A DNA stretch of 64,000 nucleotides from Truepera sp. Lineage in GTDB: Bacteria > Deinococcota > Deinococci > Deinococcales > Trueperaceae. Below the pieces are notes generated by a model. It was not told the origin of the DNA. It was given only the letters and a program-made list of their open reading frames with translations, and ran no database searches. Each line of letters begins with the position of its first letter. Position 1 is the stretch's first letter. This document shows, piece by piece, positions 28,964 to 38,717 of the stretch. Where the stretch lies: positions 2,688,001 to 2,752,000 of the forward strand of contig CBDCKW010000009.1 of NCBI GenBank assembly GCA_965218435.1, written 5' to 3'. The translations under genes and the position numbers were made by a program.

Positions 28964-29917
28964 ATGAGAGATAGGTTTTTAGCGTACGCGCAAAACGAGG
29001 TTCACCCGCTGGTACGGGAGTGGCTGAGCGCCGAAACCATCCGGGCCAACCTTTTAGAAGAGCTTGACGCAGACTTGGAGCGTTTGAAAAGTGACGCACT
29101 CGCCGCTGAGTTTCAGCACCACTGCCCGGTTGCCGGGGCCAGCGCAGATGAGTATAAAAACCGGGTAGTTGAGGTGGACGGGCTTACGCTTCTAACCGGC
29201 ATTCGTTTTCTCGGACTCGATCTGCAGAAGCCATTTGTAGACATCATATATAGCAGTATGTACAGCAGTGAAGCCGCGCTGTCACCCGAACAACTCAGCG
29301 CCGTCAAAGACGCAATTCGCAAAGCTTTTAGCGTATTTGGACCTCGGCGATTCCGATTTTACAGCCCTTCTAACCAGCCACGCTTTGCAAAGGGCGGCGA
29401 TAAACGCCTGTTAGCCGCACCTCTAGGGGTGATGCTGGCGCAACCTGAAGCTGAAACGCTCCGCCGCGTCACCTTGAAGCGGGCAACGTCGCTGGCATTT
29501 TACGGCGACTACGCGGCTATGTACGAAGAGCTGCTCGCCGAACACCCCGAGCTTCAAGAGGTCGTGCGCCTCGAGCCCGAAGCGGATATGCAGACGTATC
29601 TCGGTGAGGGCTACGTGTTCGAGATTTTTGTAGATGGCCACCCGGCAGGTCTGACAGCCGTGCTTGAAGACGTACAGACCGGACTCAGCGGATTGTGCGT
29701 GACGGAGATCGTTCTCGCTAAAGCGTTTCGCGCCCAGGGGTTCGGGAGCACCGTGCAGCGCCGTCTCGCGGCAGCCTTAGTAGCTGCTGCAGGAGTAGCT
29801 CAGGACGTGCTGCTGTTCGGCACTATCGGGGAGAATAATCTACCGGCGCGGCGAGCTGCAGCGCGAGCTGGGCGCGTTGACCTCGGCGGGCGAGTTTGGG
29901 TAACGCTCGAGGACTGA
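28964..29917 (+). CDS. Hypothetical protein with C-terminal GNAT-like fold
   Basis: EIVLAKAFRAQGFGS (acetyl-CoA loop-like) and GTIGENNLPARRAA. Confidence 0.6.
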   Translation: MRDRFLAYAQNEVHPLVREWLSAETIRANLLEELDADLERLKSDALAAEFQHHCPVAGASADEYKNRVVEVDGLTLLTGIRFLGLDLQKPFVDIIYSSMYSSEAALSPEQLSAVKDAIRKAFSVFGPRRFRFYSPSNQPRFAKGGDKRLLAAPLGVMLAQPEAETLRRVTLKRATSLAFYGDYAAMYEELLAEHPELQEVVRLEPEADMQTYLGEGYVFEIFVDGHPAGLTAVLEDVQTGLSGLCVTEIVLAKAFRAQGFGSTVQRRLAAALVAAAGVAQDVLLFGTIGENNLPARRAAARAGRVDLGGRVWVTLED

Positions 29918-29921
29918 ACGT

Positions 29922-30827
29922 TCAGGATGTCGGCAAGTCAGCTTTCGCCGCTACCGGATTGCCCTCTAAAGTCACGTGATACCCGTGCGGAATCTCGATC
30001 CCCTCGCCTTCAAAACGTTGTTTGGCGGCCGCGAGCACATCCGACTGAAGCGTGTCAGCCGCGTCTGAATCGGCGCACCAAACGCGCAAACAGAGCTCAA
30101 CGCCCGAGCTGCTCAAGTCAGCCACGCGGCAATCTACAACTTCTTGGGTTGATTTTTGGTCTACTGACGGGCTGATTAGCTGCTTTGCCAGCTCTAACAA
30201 GATGTTTTTCGCTTTATCTATGTCGGCTTGGTACGAGATGCTGACCGGAATCTCCGCCAGCACCCTCGGGGCAGTCCTCTCGGTCAGGTTGATGGTCGTT
30301 TGGTTGGCGATGGTGCTGTTCGATAAAACCACGCGGCGCTTGTCCGAAGTCTGCAAAATCGTATACCCGAGTGAGATACTTTCAACGGTGCCGGTCTCAA
30401 GTCCCGTCGGCGCAGTGACTTGCAAGGTGTCGCCTACTCCGAAAGGGCGGTAGATGGGGAGCGCCAGCCCCGCCACCAAATTGCCCAGGGTATTTTGAGC
30501 CGCCAAACCGATCACGACCGAGACGATACTCGCCCCGGTGAGGAGCGCCGTCCCGAGCGCCCGGAGAGGCGGAATCAGATGCGCGTAGAGCACCAGCGCA
30601 AAAATCCAGATAAATATCCCGCCGAGCTGTTGCAAAAAGCCCAGTGCGGTCCGGTCAATCTTGTGATGAACGTCGCCCTCTAACGACACCCGGACAAAGA
30701 CGCGGAGCGCCCGGTTAAGTAACACAGCCAAGAGCACAAAAATAACGAGATAGATAAGTGCGCCGCTCAGGGTGTTTGGGCTGACCAGGCTGGTTAAAGA
30801 GACGCCCCAAGCGTCTAGCGTAGATAT
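29922..30827 (-). CDS. MscS family mechanosensitive channel (start uncertain; first canonical start is GTG 30737)
   Basis: IGLAAQNTLGNLVAG, RPFGVGD, GTVESISLGYT and EGIEIP; the frame stays open upstream to ATA 30827 and includes TM1. Confidence 0.8.
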   Translation of the reverse strand: MSTLDAWGVSLTSLVSPNTLSGALIYLVIFVLLAVLLNRALRVFVRVSLEGDVHHKIDRTALGFLQQLGGIFIWIFALVLYAHLIPPLRALGTALLTGASIVSVVIGLAAQNTLGNLVAGLALPIYRPFGVGDTLQVTAPTGLETGTVESISLGYTILQTSDKRRVVLSNSTIANQTTINLTERTAPRVLAEIPVSISYQADIDKAKNILLELAKQLISPSVDQKSTQEVVDCRVADLSSSGVELCLRVWCADSDAADTLQSDVLAAAKQRFEGEGIEIPHGYHVTLEGNPVAAKADLPTS

Positions 30828-30868
30828 GACGCCGAGTTTAGCTTATCGCCGGTTACAAAGATCGCCAT

Positions 30869-31417
30869 TTAGACCCGCTCGAGCTTACGCCACGGTTCTT
30901 GAGGTAGTTGGAGCCTGATCGCATCGCCCGGACGCACGTTACCGCCTCTGAGGACGATGCTCATAAGGCCAGCTTTGCGAAACAGCTCACCGTCAGCATC
31001 TTTATCCAATACAGCCGCTAACAACCCTTTTTGAAATCCGTCCAGCTGCGCACACGGGTTGCGCAGCCCTGTTACTTCTAAAACGACCGTAGCGCCAATC
31101 AAGAGCCGTGTGCCCGTCGGCAGCGCGAGCAGATAAAGCCCACAGGTCGTAATATTTTCGCCGAGTTGACCGGGCGAGACGGTAAAACTCTCGCTCCCCA
31201 ACAGCTCGAAGAGCTCTTCGTGAATCAGGCGGACTTGCCGCAGATTGGGCTGCGTGGGGTCGGCTAGCGCACGTGAGCGGTGCTGTACCGTTTTACCGGC
31301 GTGAGCATCCCCGACAACACCTAAACCAGCTTTTAGCTTGACGAAAGGAGCAAGTTCTTTGCTAAAGGTATGAGCTGCACCGAGGCTTACCGTGGAGACT
31401 CGAGCCCCATTTGTCAC
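30869..31417 (-). CDS. MOSC domain protein
   Basis: GDAHAG, PNLRQV, PGQLGENITT and VTGLRNPC. Confidence 0.85.
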   Translation of the reverse strand: MTNGARVSTVSLGAAHTFSKELAPFVKLKAGLGVVGDAHAGKTVQHRSRALADPTQPNLRQVRLIHEELFELLGSESFTVSPGQLGENITTCGLYLLALPTGTRLLIGATVVLEVTGLRNPCAQLDGFQKGLLAAVLDKDADGELFRKAGLMSIVLRGGNVRPGDAIRLQLPQEPWRKLERV

Positions 31418-31426
31418 CAGCGCAAC

Positions 31427-32230
31427 CTAAAACGTTTTGACTTCGGCGTGCAGGTCATCACCTTTTAGGTGCAGCTCGAGGTACTGCCGCCGCGAAAGCG
31501 CGTCGATCATCGCAAACGAGTTGACCTTATCGAGCAAAATCCCTTCCGGCATGACCGTATGGCCGTAAACGCCGAAGCGGTAGCCCGACTGCCGCGCCAA
31601 CTCGGGTTTATGACGCCACCACCCTTTCGTATCGGGGTCGTGATAAAAAAAGTCGTCGTAGTGCTGCATCCCCGGCAGCGGTCCGGCGTGCGCGAAGTGA
31701 ACGTCGCCGATAACCCGCTCACGCGGAAAGCTCGCCATCCAGTTGCAAAGGTCTTCAGGGAGGGATAAGCCGCCTTTGGCAGGGTCGAACTCGTTATGCT
31801 CCAAGCCACTGCGCGTTGCTAGGGTATACGCGTGCGTCAGCGCGGCTTCGTCGTGGTTGCCTAAAATCACACTGACGTGGCCCCCGGCGCGTTCCATATA
31901 GTTTTTGAAGCGGTAGAGTTCGCGGATTTGCGCTTTGGCCGCACGCCGCAATTGCTGCGGATTGGCCGCGTCAAACGCTTCTTCACCGGCGGCGTAGGCG
32001 TAACTCTCAGCGTCTTTGTAGTGTACCAAGTCACCGACCAGAACGACCTCGGCGGTGTTTTCCAAAACCGGTGCGGTCGGTTCGCCGACGTCGCTCGCCA
32101 TCCCCCCGGCCCGGAGCGCACTCCAAAGCTCGGCCCACTGTCCGTGTACGTCACCGAGGGCCAGAATCTTACCGTCTAAGTTAGACTCGCCGTCTTGCTC
32201 AGCCCCATGTACGCCCGTCACTCGAGACAC
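31427..32230 (-). CDS. Calcineurin-like metallophosphoesterase (start approximate)
   Basis: GDVHG, GDLVH, GNHD, HAG and GHT motifs. Confidence 0.85.
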   Translation of the reverse strand: MSRVTGVHGAEQDGESNLDGKILALGDVHGQWAELWSALRAGGMASDVGEPTAPVLENTAEVVLVGDLVHYKDAESYAYAAGEEAFDAANPQQLRRAAKAQIRELYRFKNYMERAGGHVSVILGNHDEAALTHAYTLATRSGLEHNEFDPAKGGLSLPEDLCNWMASFPRERVIGDVHFAHAGPLPGMQHYDDFFYHDPDTKGWWRHKPELARQSGYRFGVYGHTVMPEGILLDKVNSFAMIDALSRRQYLELHLKGDDLHAEVKTF

Positions 32231-32264
32231 GTCTGAGCATGAGCTACCAGCCCTAAAACCGGCC

Positions 32265-32993
32265 TCACGCAGGCTCCAGCAGTAGCGCCCTGAGTTTGGC
32301 GTAAAGTTCACGAGCCGCAGCGGGGTCGGTGCCGTAGCCCCCATAGGTATTTAGCAGCTTAGCCGCGCCCAACCCTTTGCCGTCGGCTTTAAGGCGGTCA
32401 ACGAGTTTATCAATCGCCTGCTGACCCGCAGACTTGGCCGGGCTAGGCTCAGTTTGTGCTGGAGTTTGAGCTTCGGCGGGCGTAGCTATCTGGGGAGTGG
32501 ACGGCGCTGACCCGGCGGGAGAGTCTGCTCGAGCAGTAACCGGAGCAGTGTGACTGTCCGTGTAGCTGCCTGTGTAACCGTCTGCAGCAGCCAAATCGGG
32601 TTCATAAAGGGGTTGCCGCTGCTCGGGATCGTAGTCAACCCACGGCAGTTCATCAAGGAGCGTGTTCGGACGCAAACCGAAGAGGGCTGCCGCCGCCGCG
32701 AGGGCGTCGTCGGCGGTGTCGGTCAGTTCAGCTTCGGCAGTGTAGGACGCAACCGCCGCTTTTGCAGTGTCGGCAACGCGGAGGGTACAAACGAGCCCGC
32801 GTTCGCCGAGCGCGGCAAACGCTTGAGACCAACCGCCGACCCCTAAAACCGCGTCGAGCCGCGCCGTCACCGATGAAGCCCGAAGTTGCGGGCGCACCTG
32901 CGCACTTAGGCGGTCGGGAGAAAGCTTGACCACGCGCCAGAGGAGGTCGGAAGCGGCAAAAGGCGCAGCGAGAGCGTCCCAGGATATATTCAC
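32265..32993 (-). CDS. Rad52/Rad22-like (DdrA-like paralog) ssDNA-annealing protein
   Basis: LAAPF...RLDAVLG..GWS...A.DAL..AA..FG; TATAAT 6 nt before GTG 32993 (leaderless type). Confidence 0.6.
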   Translation of the reverse strand: MNISWDALAAPFAASDLLWRVVKLSPDRLSAQVRPQLRASSVTARLDAVLGVGGWSQAFAALGERGLVCTLRVADTAKAAVASYTAEAELTDTADDALAAAAALFGLRPNTLLDELPWVDYDPEQRQPLYEPDLAAADGYTGSYTDSHTAPVTARADSPAGSAPSTPQIATPAEAQTPAQTEPSPAKSAGQQAIDKLVDRLKADGKGLGAAKLLNTYGGYGTDPAAARELYAKLRALLLEPA

Positions 32994-33377
32994 GGGACTA
33001 TTATACTGGGAAACCAACCCTTGCAGAGGGCACGCTTTCTTACTTTTAGGGGTGTAGTCATAAATACCGTAGGTAAAAAAGACCATACTTTACGGCGCGG
33101 CCAGGTAGTCAGTAGTCAAACAGTCGGTAGTCAAGTAGTCAGAGGTTGGTGTTTCGAGCAAGCTAAGAGCGTTTCTCACACACGCGAGATGTGACGAGCA
33201 AATGTAACAATCAGAGCAGACGGCAAAATTCAATGTCGCTACAGCCCAGCGGCGTTTCTTAAAGCGGTATAAGCTGAACGCCTAAAGTCGGGTTACAAAA
33301 CTGGGCTCGAGCCTCAACCTGAACTTTGTCAGCGCCCGCCAAAATCGTATTCTCTAACAGCCGTCTATAATACGGCT

Positions 33378-35858
33378 ATGCAGTTGACCCCTCAACCCGC
33401 GCTTACACCTCGGCGACGCCTTTTCTGGCTGACCACCGTCACCGTGATGTTCGCCTTGTGTTTTTGTATTCAGCTTGCCGCTGCTCAGAGTTTGCAGCTC
33501 AGCACAAAAACGCCTAAAGCTGGCGAGAGTATCAAAGTCACCGGGCTCGAGCTCACACCTGGGGCGCAGGTCACCGCGCGGCTGACTGCGCCGGGAGGCC
33601 GGGTGTCGCGCGAAAGTGTGCAGGTAGGTGACGGGGGCCGCTTCCTGTTAGAGCTCGAGCTGCCAACGGGTGGACGCTATCAGCTCACCGTGCGGGGGCC
33701 AAAAATTGAACGGACGTGGCAGCTGACCGTCCCCAAACCACAACCCAAACCGCCCGCAACCTCACAGAACCAAATAGGAAATGAGGCCGGACCTCTACAA
33801 CCGAAAAATCAAAATGCAGGTCAAAAAAACACAGGGCAAAGCCTGACTCCACCGACTACAGATGGACTCGAGGTCACCCGTACCGAACATGGCGTCAGCG
33901 CAGCTCAGGGCAGCCAGCCGTGGAGTTTGACGTTTCCAGCAGGGAGCGGCCCAACGACGCCGCCGCTGCTCATTTCGGGCGTGTCGGGCTCAGCGTCTGC
34001 GAGGTTGTACCTCGGACACGGCAACAGTGTGCTCAGGTTAGAACCTCAAACCGGCAACGTCCTCTCGCGTTTTATAGTCTCAGGACCCGTCACACGCCTA
34101 GCAAAGATAGACAGTGAGACGGTAGGCATCACGGTGCGGCACGCGCAGGGGTTGCTCGAGCGGTTTACGCTGAAAATCGGTTCTCGAGATAACGGCTCTC
34201 AAAATGACGCGCTGCAAGAACCGGTCAGGTTCGGCACGAATCCTGCAGTGTTCGGCTATCTCCGCGCCGAGGCAGACATCCCGGAGACAAACGTTGCAAC
34301 CTTAACCGCTCGGCTCCGCCGTGACCCAACCAATCCGTGGCTCTATCTCAAGTTGGGCCTGGGACAGCGTAGTGAAACCGCGAGAAAGACCTTTCAAACC
34401 GCTATCAACCGGGCCACGACCTTTTACGACCTCGCTGGACTCGCTACGGTTTTAGAACGTCGGGGCGAACAAAAGCTCGCCGCAACTGCGTTCGACAAAG
34501 CCATGAAAGACTTTGCTGCACGAGATTACGACCCACGGCTCTTGAGCGACGGGACGCTGGGGGCGGCCTATAACTTTCCTTTGGGGCCGCTTAAACGTGC
34601 GTTAAACGCTGGCGACGACCTCAGTGCCGGGTTTTGGGCCGAGCGGCTCTGGCTCGCTGCGCCGAACGTGCCGGGGGCAGCCGCCGCGTTGGGCGAGTAC
34701 GCCGCACTTTTGCGGCAGGTTGGGACGCCGGAACAAGCGGCGCTCTGGGAGGGCCGAGCCGCTTTGAAAATTACGACCGGTGGAGCACTTGAAGGTAGGC
34801 TGGGGCACCTCGGTTTGGCCTTGGCCCGGAACGGTTGGCAGCTCGTCCCGGCTCTTCTCGCAGCTTTTGTGGCGCTTCAGCTGACGCTCCTGGCCAAATA
34901 TGCCCGCGCTCGCCGCAGCGACCGCAGCGGCGGACGTTTGCCCTGGCTCTTCGCCCTGCGTTACGACACCCTGAGCGAAAAACTCGTGCTGCTCTTTCTT
35001 TTAGCCCTCACGCTCGTCTGTGCGGCGCTCGGTAGTTGGGCAGCTCGGAGCGAACCGCCCGCACGGATTATCGGCTCGGGGACGCTCGCCAACCGAGCGG
35101 CGCAAGCCTATCTCAGTGAAGCCGCTCTAAACGGCCCACGTGCGGCCTTCGTCCGGGGTACAGCCGCGCAGACTTTAGGCGACGCGCACGCCACACCACT
35201 TTTACGGCGTGCCGGGAATGACGCTCCGGCGCTGAATAATTTGGGCGTGCTGACCGGTGACCAAACACTTTACCAAAGGGCGCTAACCCTCGAGCCCAAC
35301 CTCCCCGCCGCCCGTTACAATACCGGCGACCGGGCGCTGCTCCCCTTTCAAGCGACGTATGACCCGACACGCCCGGCCCTCGCGCTCCCGACCCCGGCTG
35401 ACTTCAGCGCCGCTTCAGGCAACTGGCAGGACGCTCTGGCAGGGGCGTTTACCAATCCGCAACGTATCTTCAGCACGCCGCCTTACGGCTTCAGCCTGCT
35501 GCTCTGGCACGCGCTGCAACTCCTCTTTTTGCTCGCCTTACTCATCCATGTGGGGTTTTTGATCGTGCCGCGTCCACGCAGCGCGCACCGTGCGCCGCGC
35601 AGCTGGGCCTATACCCTCTTGGCTCTGCTCTTTCCGGGAACCGGTCTGGCCGATGAGCTGTGGGGGATTTTTCTGCTGGTGCCGTGGGCCGTCTTGGGTA
35701 CGTGGGCGCTGTTGTCGGGCTTTGTTTCCGGCTTTCCCCTTACGCTCTCCCTCGCTCTGGCCGGAGTGTATCTGCTCAATACGGTGGCGGTGATCGTCGA
35801 AGGGTGGTCGTACCGTTCGGAGCGGCGGCGGCTCGAGCTGCGCCGGAGCCGCCCCTAG
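33378..35858 (+). CDS. Large membrane protein with signal peptide, Ig-like N-terminus and TPR-like helices
   Basis: 826-aa ORF; ALNNLGVL..YQRALTLEP TPR-like segment; several TM segments; TATAAT 6 nt before the ATG. Confidence 0.65.
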   Translation: MQLTPQPALTPRRRLFWLTTVTVMFALCFCIQLAAAQSLQLSTKTPKAGESIKVTGLELTPGAQVTARLTAPGGRVSRESVQVGDGGRFLLELELPTGGRYQLTVRGPKIERTWQLTVPKPQPKPPATSQNQIGNEAGPLQPKNQNAGQKNTGQSLTPPTTDGLEVTRTEHGVSAAQGSQPWSLTFPAGSGPTTPPLLISGVSGSASARLYLGHGNSVLRLEPQTGNVLSRFIVSGPVTRLAKIDSETVGITVRHAQGLLERFTLKIGSRDNGSQNDALQEPVRFGTNPAVFGYLRAEADIPETNVATLTARLRRDPTNPWLYLKLGLGQRSETARKTFQTAINRATTFYDLAGLATVLERRGEQKLAATAFDKAMKDFAARDYDPRLLSDGTLGAAYNFPLGPLKRALNAGDDLSAGFWAERLWLAAPNVPGAAAALGEYAALLRQVGTPEQAALWEGRAALKITTGGALEGRLGHLGLALARNGWQLVPALLAAFVALQLTLLAKYARARRSDRSGGRLPWLFALRYDTLSEKLVLLFLLALTLVCAALGSWAARSEPPARIIGSGTLANRAAQAYLSEAALNGPRAAFVRGTAAQTLGDAHATPLLRRAGNDAPALNNLGVLTGDQTLYQRALTLEPNLPAARYNTGDRALLPFQATYDPTRPALALPTPADFSAASGNWQDALAGAFTNPQRIFSTPPYGFSLLLWHALQLLFLLALLIHVGFLIVPRPRSAHRAPRSWAYTLLALLFPGTGLADELWGIFLLVPWAVLGTWALLSGFVSGFPLTLSLALAGVYLLNTVAVIVEGWSYRSERRRLELRRSRP

Positions 35859-35914
35859 AGCGTAGCTTGCGGTTTGGCGCACGTAGGGGAAGTATCGTGG
35901 CACCTAGGAGGATC

Positions 35915-36202
35915 ATGATGCCAAAAGCCGAATATCAGGGAACCGTTTTAGCTGAAAGCGACGACGCTATCTCACTCGAGGGAAACCAGTACTTTCCGCG
36001 CGGGAGCGTTCAGATGGAGCTGTTTTCCGACAGTCCCACCCAGTACACCTGTCCGTGGAAGGGCGAAGCGGCCTACTACAACCTCACCGTTGACGGTCAA
36101 GAGGTTCACGACGCGGCCTGGTCGTACCCGGAGCCGAAAGACGCGGCCAAAGAGATCGCCGGGTATTTAGCGTTTGATAAGAGCAAGGTCACCGTCACGT
36201 AG
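35915..36202 (+). CDS. DUF427 domain protein
   Basis: VLAESD...EGNQYFP...TCPWKGEAAYY...AAWSYPEP; AGGAGG RBS. Confidence 0.88.
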   Translation: MMPKAEYQGTVLAESDDAISLEGNQYFPRGSVQMELFSDSPTQYTCPWKGEAAYYNLTVDGQEVHDAAWSYPEPKDAAKEIAGYLAFDKSKVTVT

Positions 36203-36309
36203 TTATCAGATAGGTTTGCGGTACGGTGGTTAGCGGGTAGTACCGCAGAACGTGCCGGTTAGCAAAACTCAGATAAAAAACGTTGCTGAGCGGCACTTGT
36301 ATAGCTTGG

Positions 36310-36856
36310 TCAAGTCATAGCCCACCTTTGTGCTGGGTAGCGCACGGAGGTGAGCATAACGTAGAAGCGTCTATCAGCCACGTAGGTTTAAGACAGCTCG
36401 AGGCAGCTGCGTCTCGCCTTGCTGCTTGTCGGTACGGTAAGGTTTCGTCTGGTCGGTACAACGCTAACGAACCTGGACCAGCCTGTGCGTACGCTCAAGC
36501 CCGCGCTCGCGTTCCCTACGTCTTAGCTACCACGGCCACTTCCTGCGGTCGCAAAACGGCAGGTTCGGCTTGCGCCGCCACCGGGCCTGTCCGCTGCTGA
36601 GTTGTCTGCGCTGTTATCCACCGCCAGAACCAGCCACAGCTTATCGCTGAAAGCGGGCCATCTGTGGTGGTCACCTGTAACTACAAGGCGAAGACGTGCG
36701 CTAAACGGAAACGTCTGCCGTTGCCGACTTGAGCCGGGTGGCAGTGTAAACGACCCCGATACCTTGAACTTCCAACGGTTCGGACATCAGGTGATTGACG
36801 GACCTCTTCACTTCAGCCTCGAGTCCTTTGAGCTGTTTTGTAAGTGCCTTCACTGC
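36310..36856 (-). mobile_element. Degraded IS110-family transposase C-terminal relic
   Basis: Frameshifted pieces LEAEVKRSV..LEVQGIGVV..AT, VGNGRRFR..VFA, VQVR and L.TYVA..FYVM. Confidence 0.55.
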
Positions 36857-37165
36857 CCCAATGTCCCCGCGTTTGGCGTCTAAGATCACCGGAATCCCCC
36901 GCGCCCGCACGTCCGCAATCAGTTGCGCCAAGGCGATCAGCCCCGGTACACCGAGCGCCTCAAAAAACCCCGACTGCAGTTTGTAACACGCCACGCTCCC
37001 TTGTGTCGCCTGGATGATGGCCTGAAAGTAGTGAACGACGGCTCTGGCAACTTGCGCCGGGTGCGTCAGCGGATGTGCGCCGGGGCGTGGGTCAATCCCT
37101 AGACACACGCGGGAGTTGGTGTTGTTGATGCGGTCAAACAGTCGTTCGGCAAAAGGTTGAGCCAT
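36857..37165 (-). pseudogene. pyrF: Orotidine-5'-phosphate decarboxylase, N-terminal fragment
   Basis: CLGIDPRP, CYKLQSGFFEALG and VILDAKRGDIG, after which homology stops abruptly. Confidence 0.85.
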
Positions 37166-37194
37166 AGGTTCAGGCTAACAGGTCGAGGAAGTCT

Positions 37195-37971
37195 TTACTC
37201 GAGTCTGACAGCAAAGAGCAAAACGCTTTCGTAAAGACGCTCGACCTCACCGCCGTGCGCGTCAATAACTGTAGCAATATCAGCCAAAAAATGTTCTCGT
37301 AACGTTGGTTCCATCGCCTGCACGTTGCTATAGGTCAAAAGCAGGTCAAGATAACGAGCTTTATTATAACGGTGCGTCCAAGCATAGCGAAAAACCTCTA
37401 AATTGCCAAAATCTGGGGACTTCGCAAGCGCCCCGGCAAAACGCTCGGGGGCATAGTCTGGCGTGGGGCGTTGTAGCTTAAGTGGAGCTTCGTAGCGTCT
37501 ATGGACGGGGTCGGTTGCACGGTAAAAAGCCGTGTCTTGTGAATGGTCTTGATGCCAAACCAAAAGTAGCGCCCCGCCCGGACGCAAAAGTGACGCAGCG
37601 TGTGCCAACCCCGACACAGGCTCAATCCAGTGAAACGCTTGGACCGATACAAGTGCGTCAAAAGGTGTGTCTGAGTCGTAAGCTTCAAATGCAGTGGTTT
37701 CGACGGTAACGTTTAAGTCCTGGACATTGGCGCGGGCAAGTTGAGCGAGCGTTGGGCCTAGCTCGAGCGCGTGAACCCTCAGTCCACGTTCTGCAAGCGG
37801 ACGCGTGGCCTGGCCGGTGCCGCAACCCACCTCTAAGACGCGTGCGCTGGGCTCGAGTCTCCCCTGCTCAAACATGGCGTCTATGAGCTTTTCGGGCGGT
37901 GCAGGCCGCGCCCGGTGATACCGCGCCGCCTCGCGGTCAAAGGTCGTGCGCAAGGTGAGCTCGTCGTTCAT
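37195..37971 (-). CDS. Class I SAM-dependent methyltransferase
   Basis: VLEVGCGTGQAT, FD....QAFHW and LRPGG. Confidence 0.88.
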   Translation of the reverse strand: MNDELTLRTTFDREAARYHRARPAPPEKLIDAMFEQGRLEPSARVLEVGCGTGQATRPLAERGLRVHALELGPTLAQLARANVQDLNVTVETTAFEAYDSDTPFDALVSVQAFHWIEPVSGLAHAASLLRPGGALLLVWHQDHSQDTAFYRATDPVHRRYEAPLKLQRPTPDYAPERFAGALAKSPDFGNLEVFRYAWTHRYNKARYLDLLLTYSNVQAMEPTLREHFLADIATVIDAHGGEVERLYESVLLFAVRLE

Positions 37972-38009
37972 AGCTCAGCAAAGCGTAGCAGATATACAGC
38001 TAGAGCATC

Positions 38010-38055
38010 TTGACAAAGTAACTTATAGGTTACATAATGTGACGCTTAGGTTACA
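38010..38055 (+). promoter_or_regulatory. Promoter with two tandem GTAAC-N6-GTTAC type operators
   Basis: TTGACA 38010 - 17 bp - CATAAT 38033; GTAACttatagGTTAC (38018-38033) and GTGACgcttagGTTAC (38039-38054). Confidence 0.65.
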
Positions 38056-38071
38056 TCAAAGGAGAAGTACG

Positions 38072-38500
38072 ATGACACAAAAAGTGGAACGGTTCGGAAA
38101 CTACGAGAAGCTGCTTAACATCTGTCACTTGATCGGGTTCGGTTTATTTTTGGGAATTCAAACGCTGAAGAGCGTGATGACGCTGCCCTCAGAGGTGTCT
38201 GTGCTGCAAGTTGTTGCCGTGTTCTTCATGCTTCTGTGGGCGTTCGGGTTCTGGCGCTTTTACAGCGCCATAAGAGCCGACAGGTCTCTGGCGCGAACGT
38301 TAGGCGATGAACTAAATGAGCACATCTACGGTCGCGTCAAAAACGTAACGTTTCGGGCACTGATCGTTACTCAAGTGGTGATTCTCGTGACCTCGAGCTT
38401 CGCCTCTTTTTCTGCTGAAGCTGCTGCCAATTTCACCATCTTTGTAATGGTAATGAGTTGGGGTATGGCGTCTCTTTACCTCAACCGTTCAGATGCCTGA
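38072..38500 (+). CDS. Four-TM membrane protein paired with an XRE regulator
   Basis: AAGGAG RBS; hydrophobic helices; LGDEL motif; overlaps the HTH gene. Confidence 0.7.
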   Translation: MTQKVERFGNYEKLLNICHLIGFGLFLGIQTLKSVMTLPSEVSVLQVVAVFFMLLWAFGFWRFYSAIRADRSLARTLGDELNEHIYGRVKNVTFRALIVTQVVILVTSSFASFSAEAAANFTIFVMVMSWGMASLYLNRSDA

Positions 38501-38717
38501 ACTCAGCAACACCTTAAAGGTAGAACGCGCCAGACATAACCTTACCCAAGAGCAACTTGCCGAACGGGTCGGCGTTACCCGTAAAACGATCAATACGGTC
38601 GAGCGGGGACACTTCGTCCCATCAACCGTATTGGCCCTTAAACTGGCTCAGGCGCTAAACGTCTCGGTTGAAACGCTTTTTTTCCTCGAGCCCTGCGCTT
38701 CTCAAAAATCTAGTTAG
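38493..38717 (+). CDS. XRE/Cro-C1 HTH transcriptional regulator
   Basis: LTQEQLAERVGVTRKTINTVERG..PSTVLALKLA. Confidence 0.9.
   Translation: MPELSNTLKVERARHNLTQEQLAERVGVTRKTINTVERGHFVPSTVLALKLAQALNVSVETLFFLEPCASQKSS

Noticed and set aside
33104..33141. GTAGTCA-like short repeats
   Set aside because: Irregular microsatellite-like run with no spacers; not a CRISPR array and no evidence of function.
36200..36310. Possible IS110 bridge RNA in the relic flank
   Set aside because: The element is heavily decayed, its other end is missing, and no structured RNA could be supported by eye.
36283..36883. Plus-strand ORFs 36283..36600 and 36602..36883
   Set aside because: No motifs; they lie antisense to the degraded IS110 relic.
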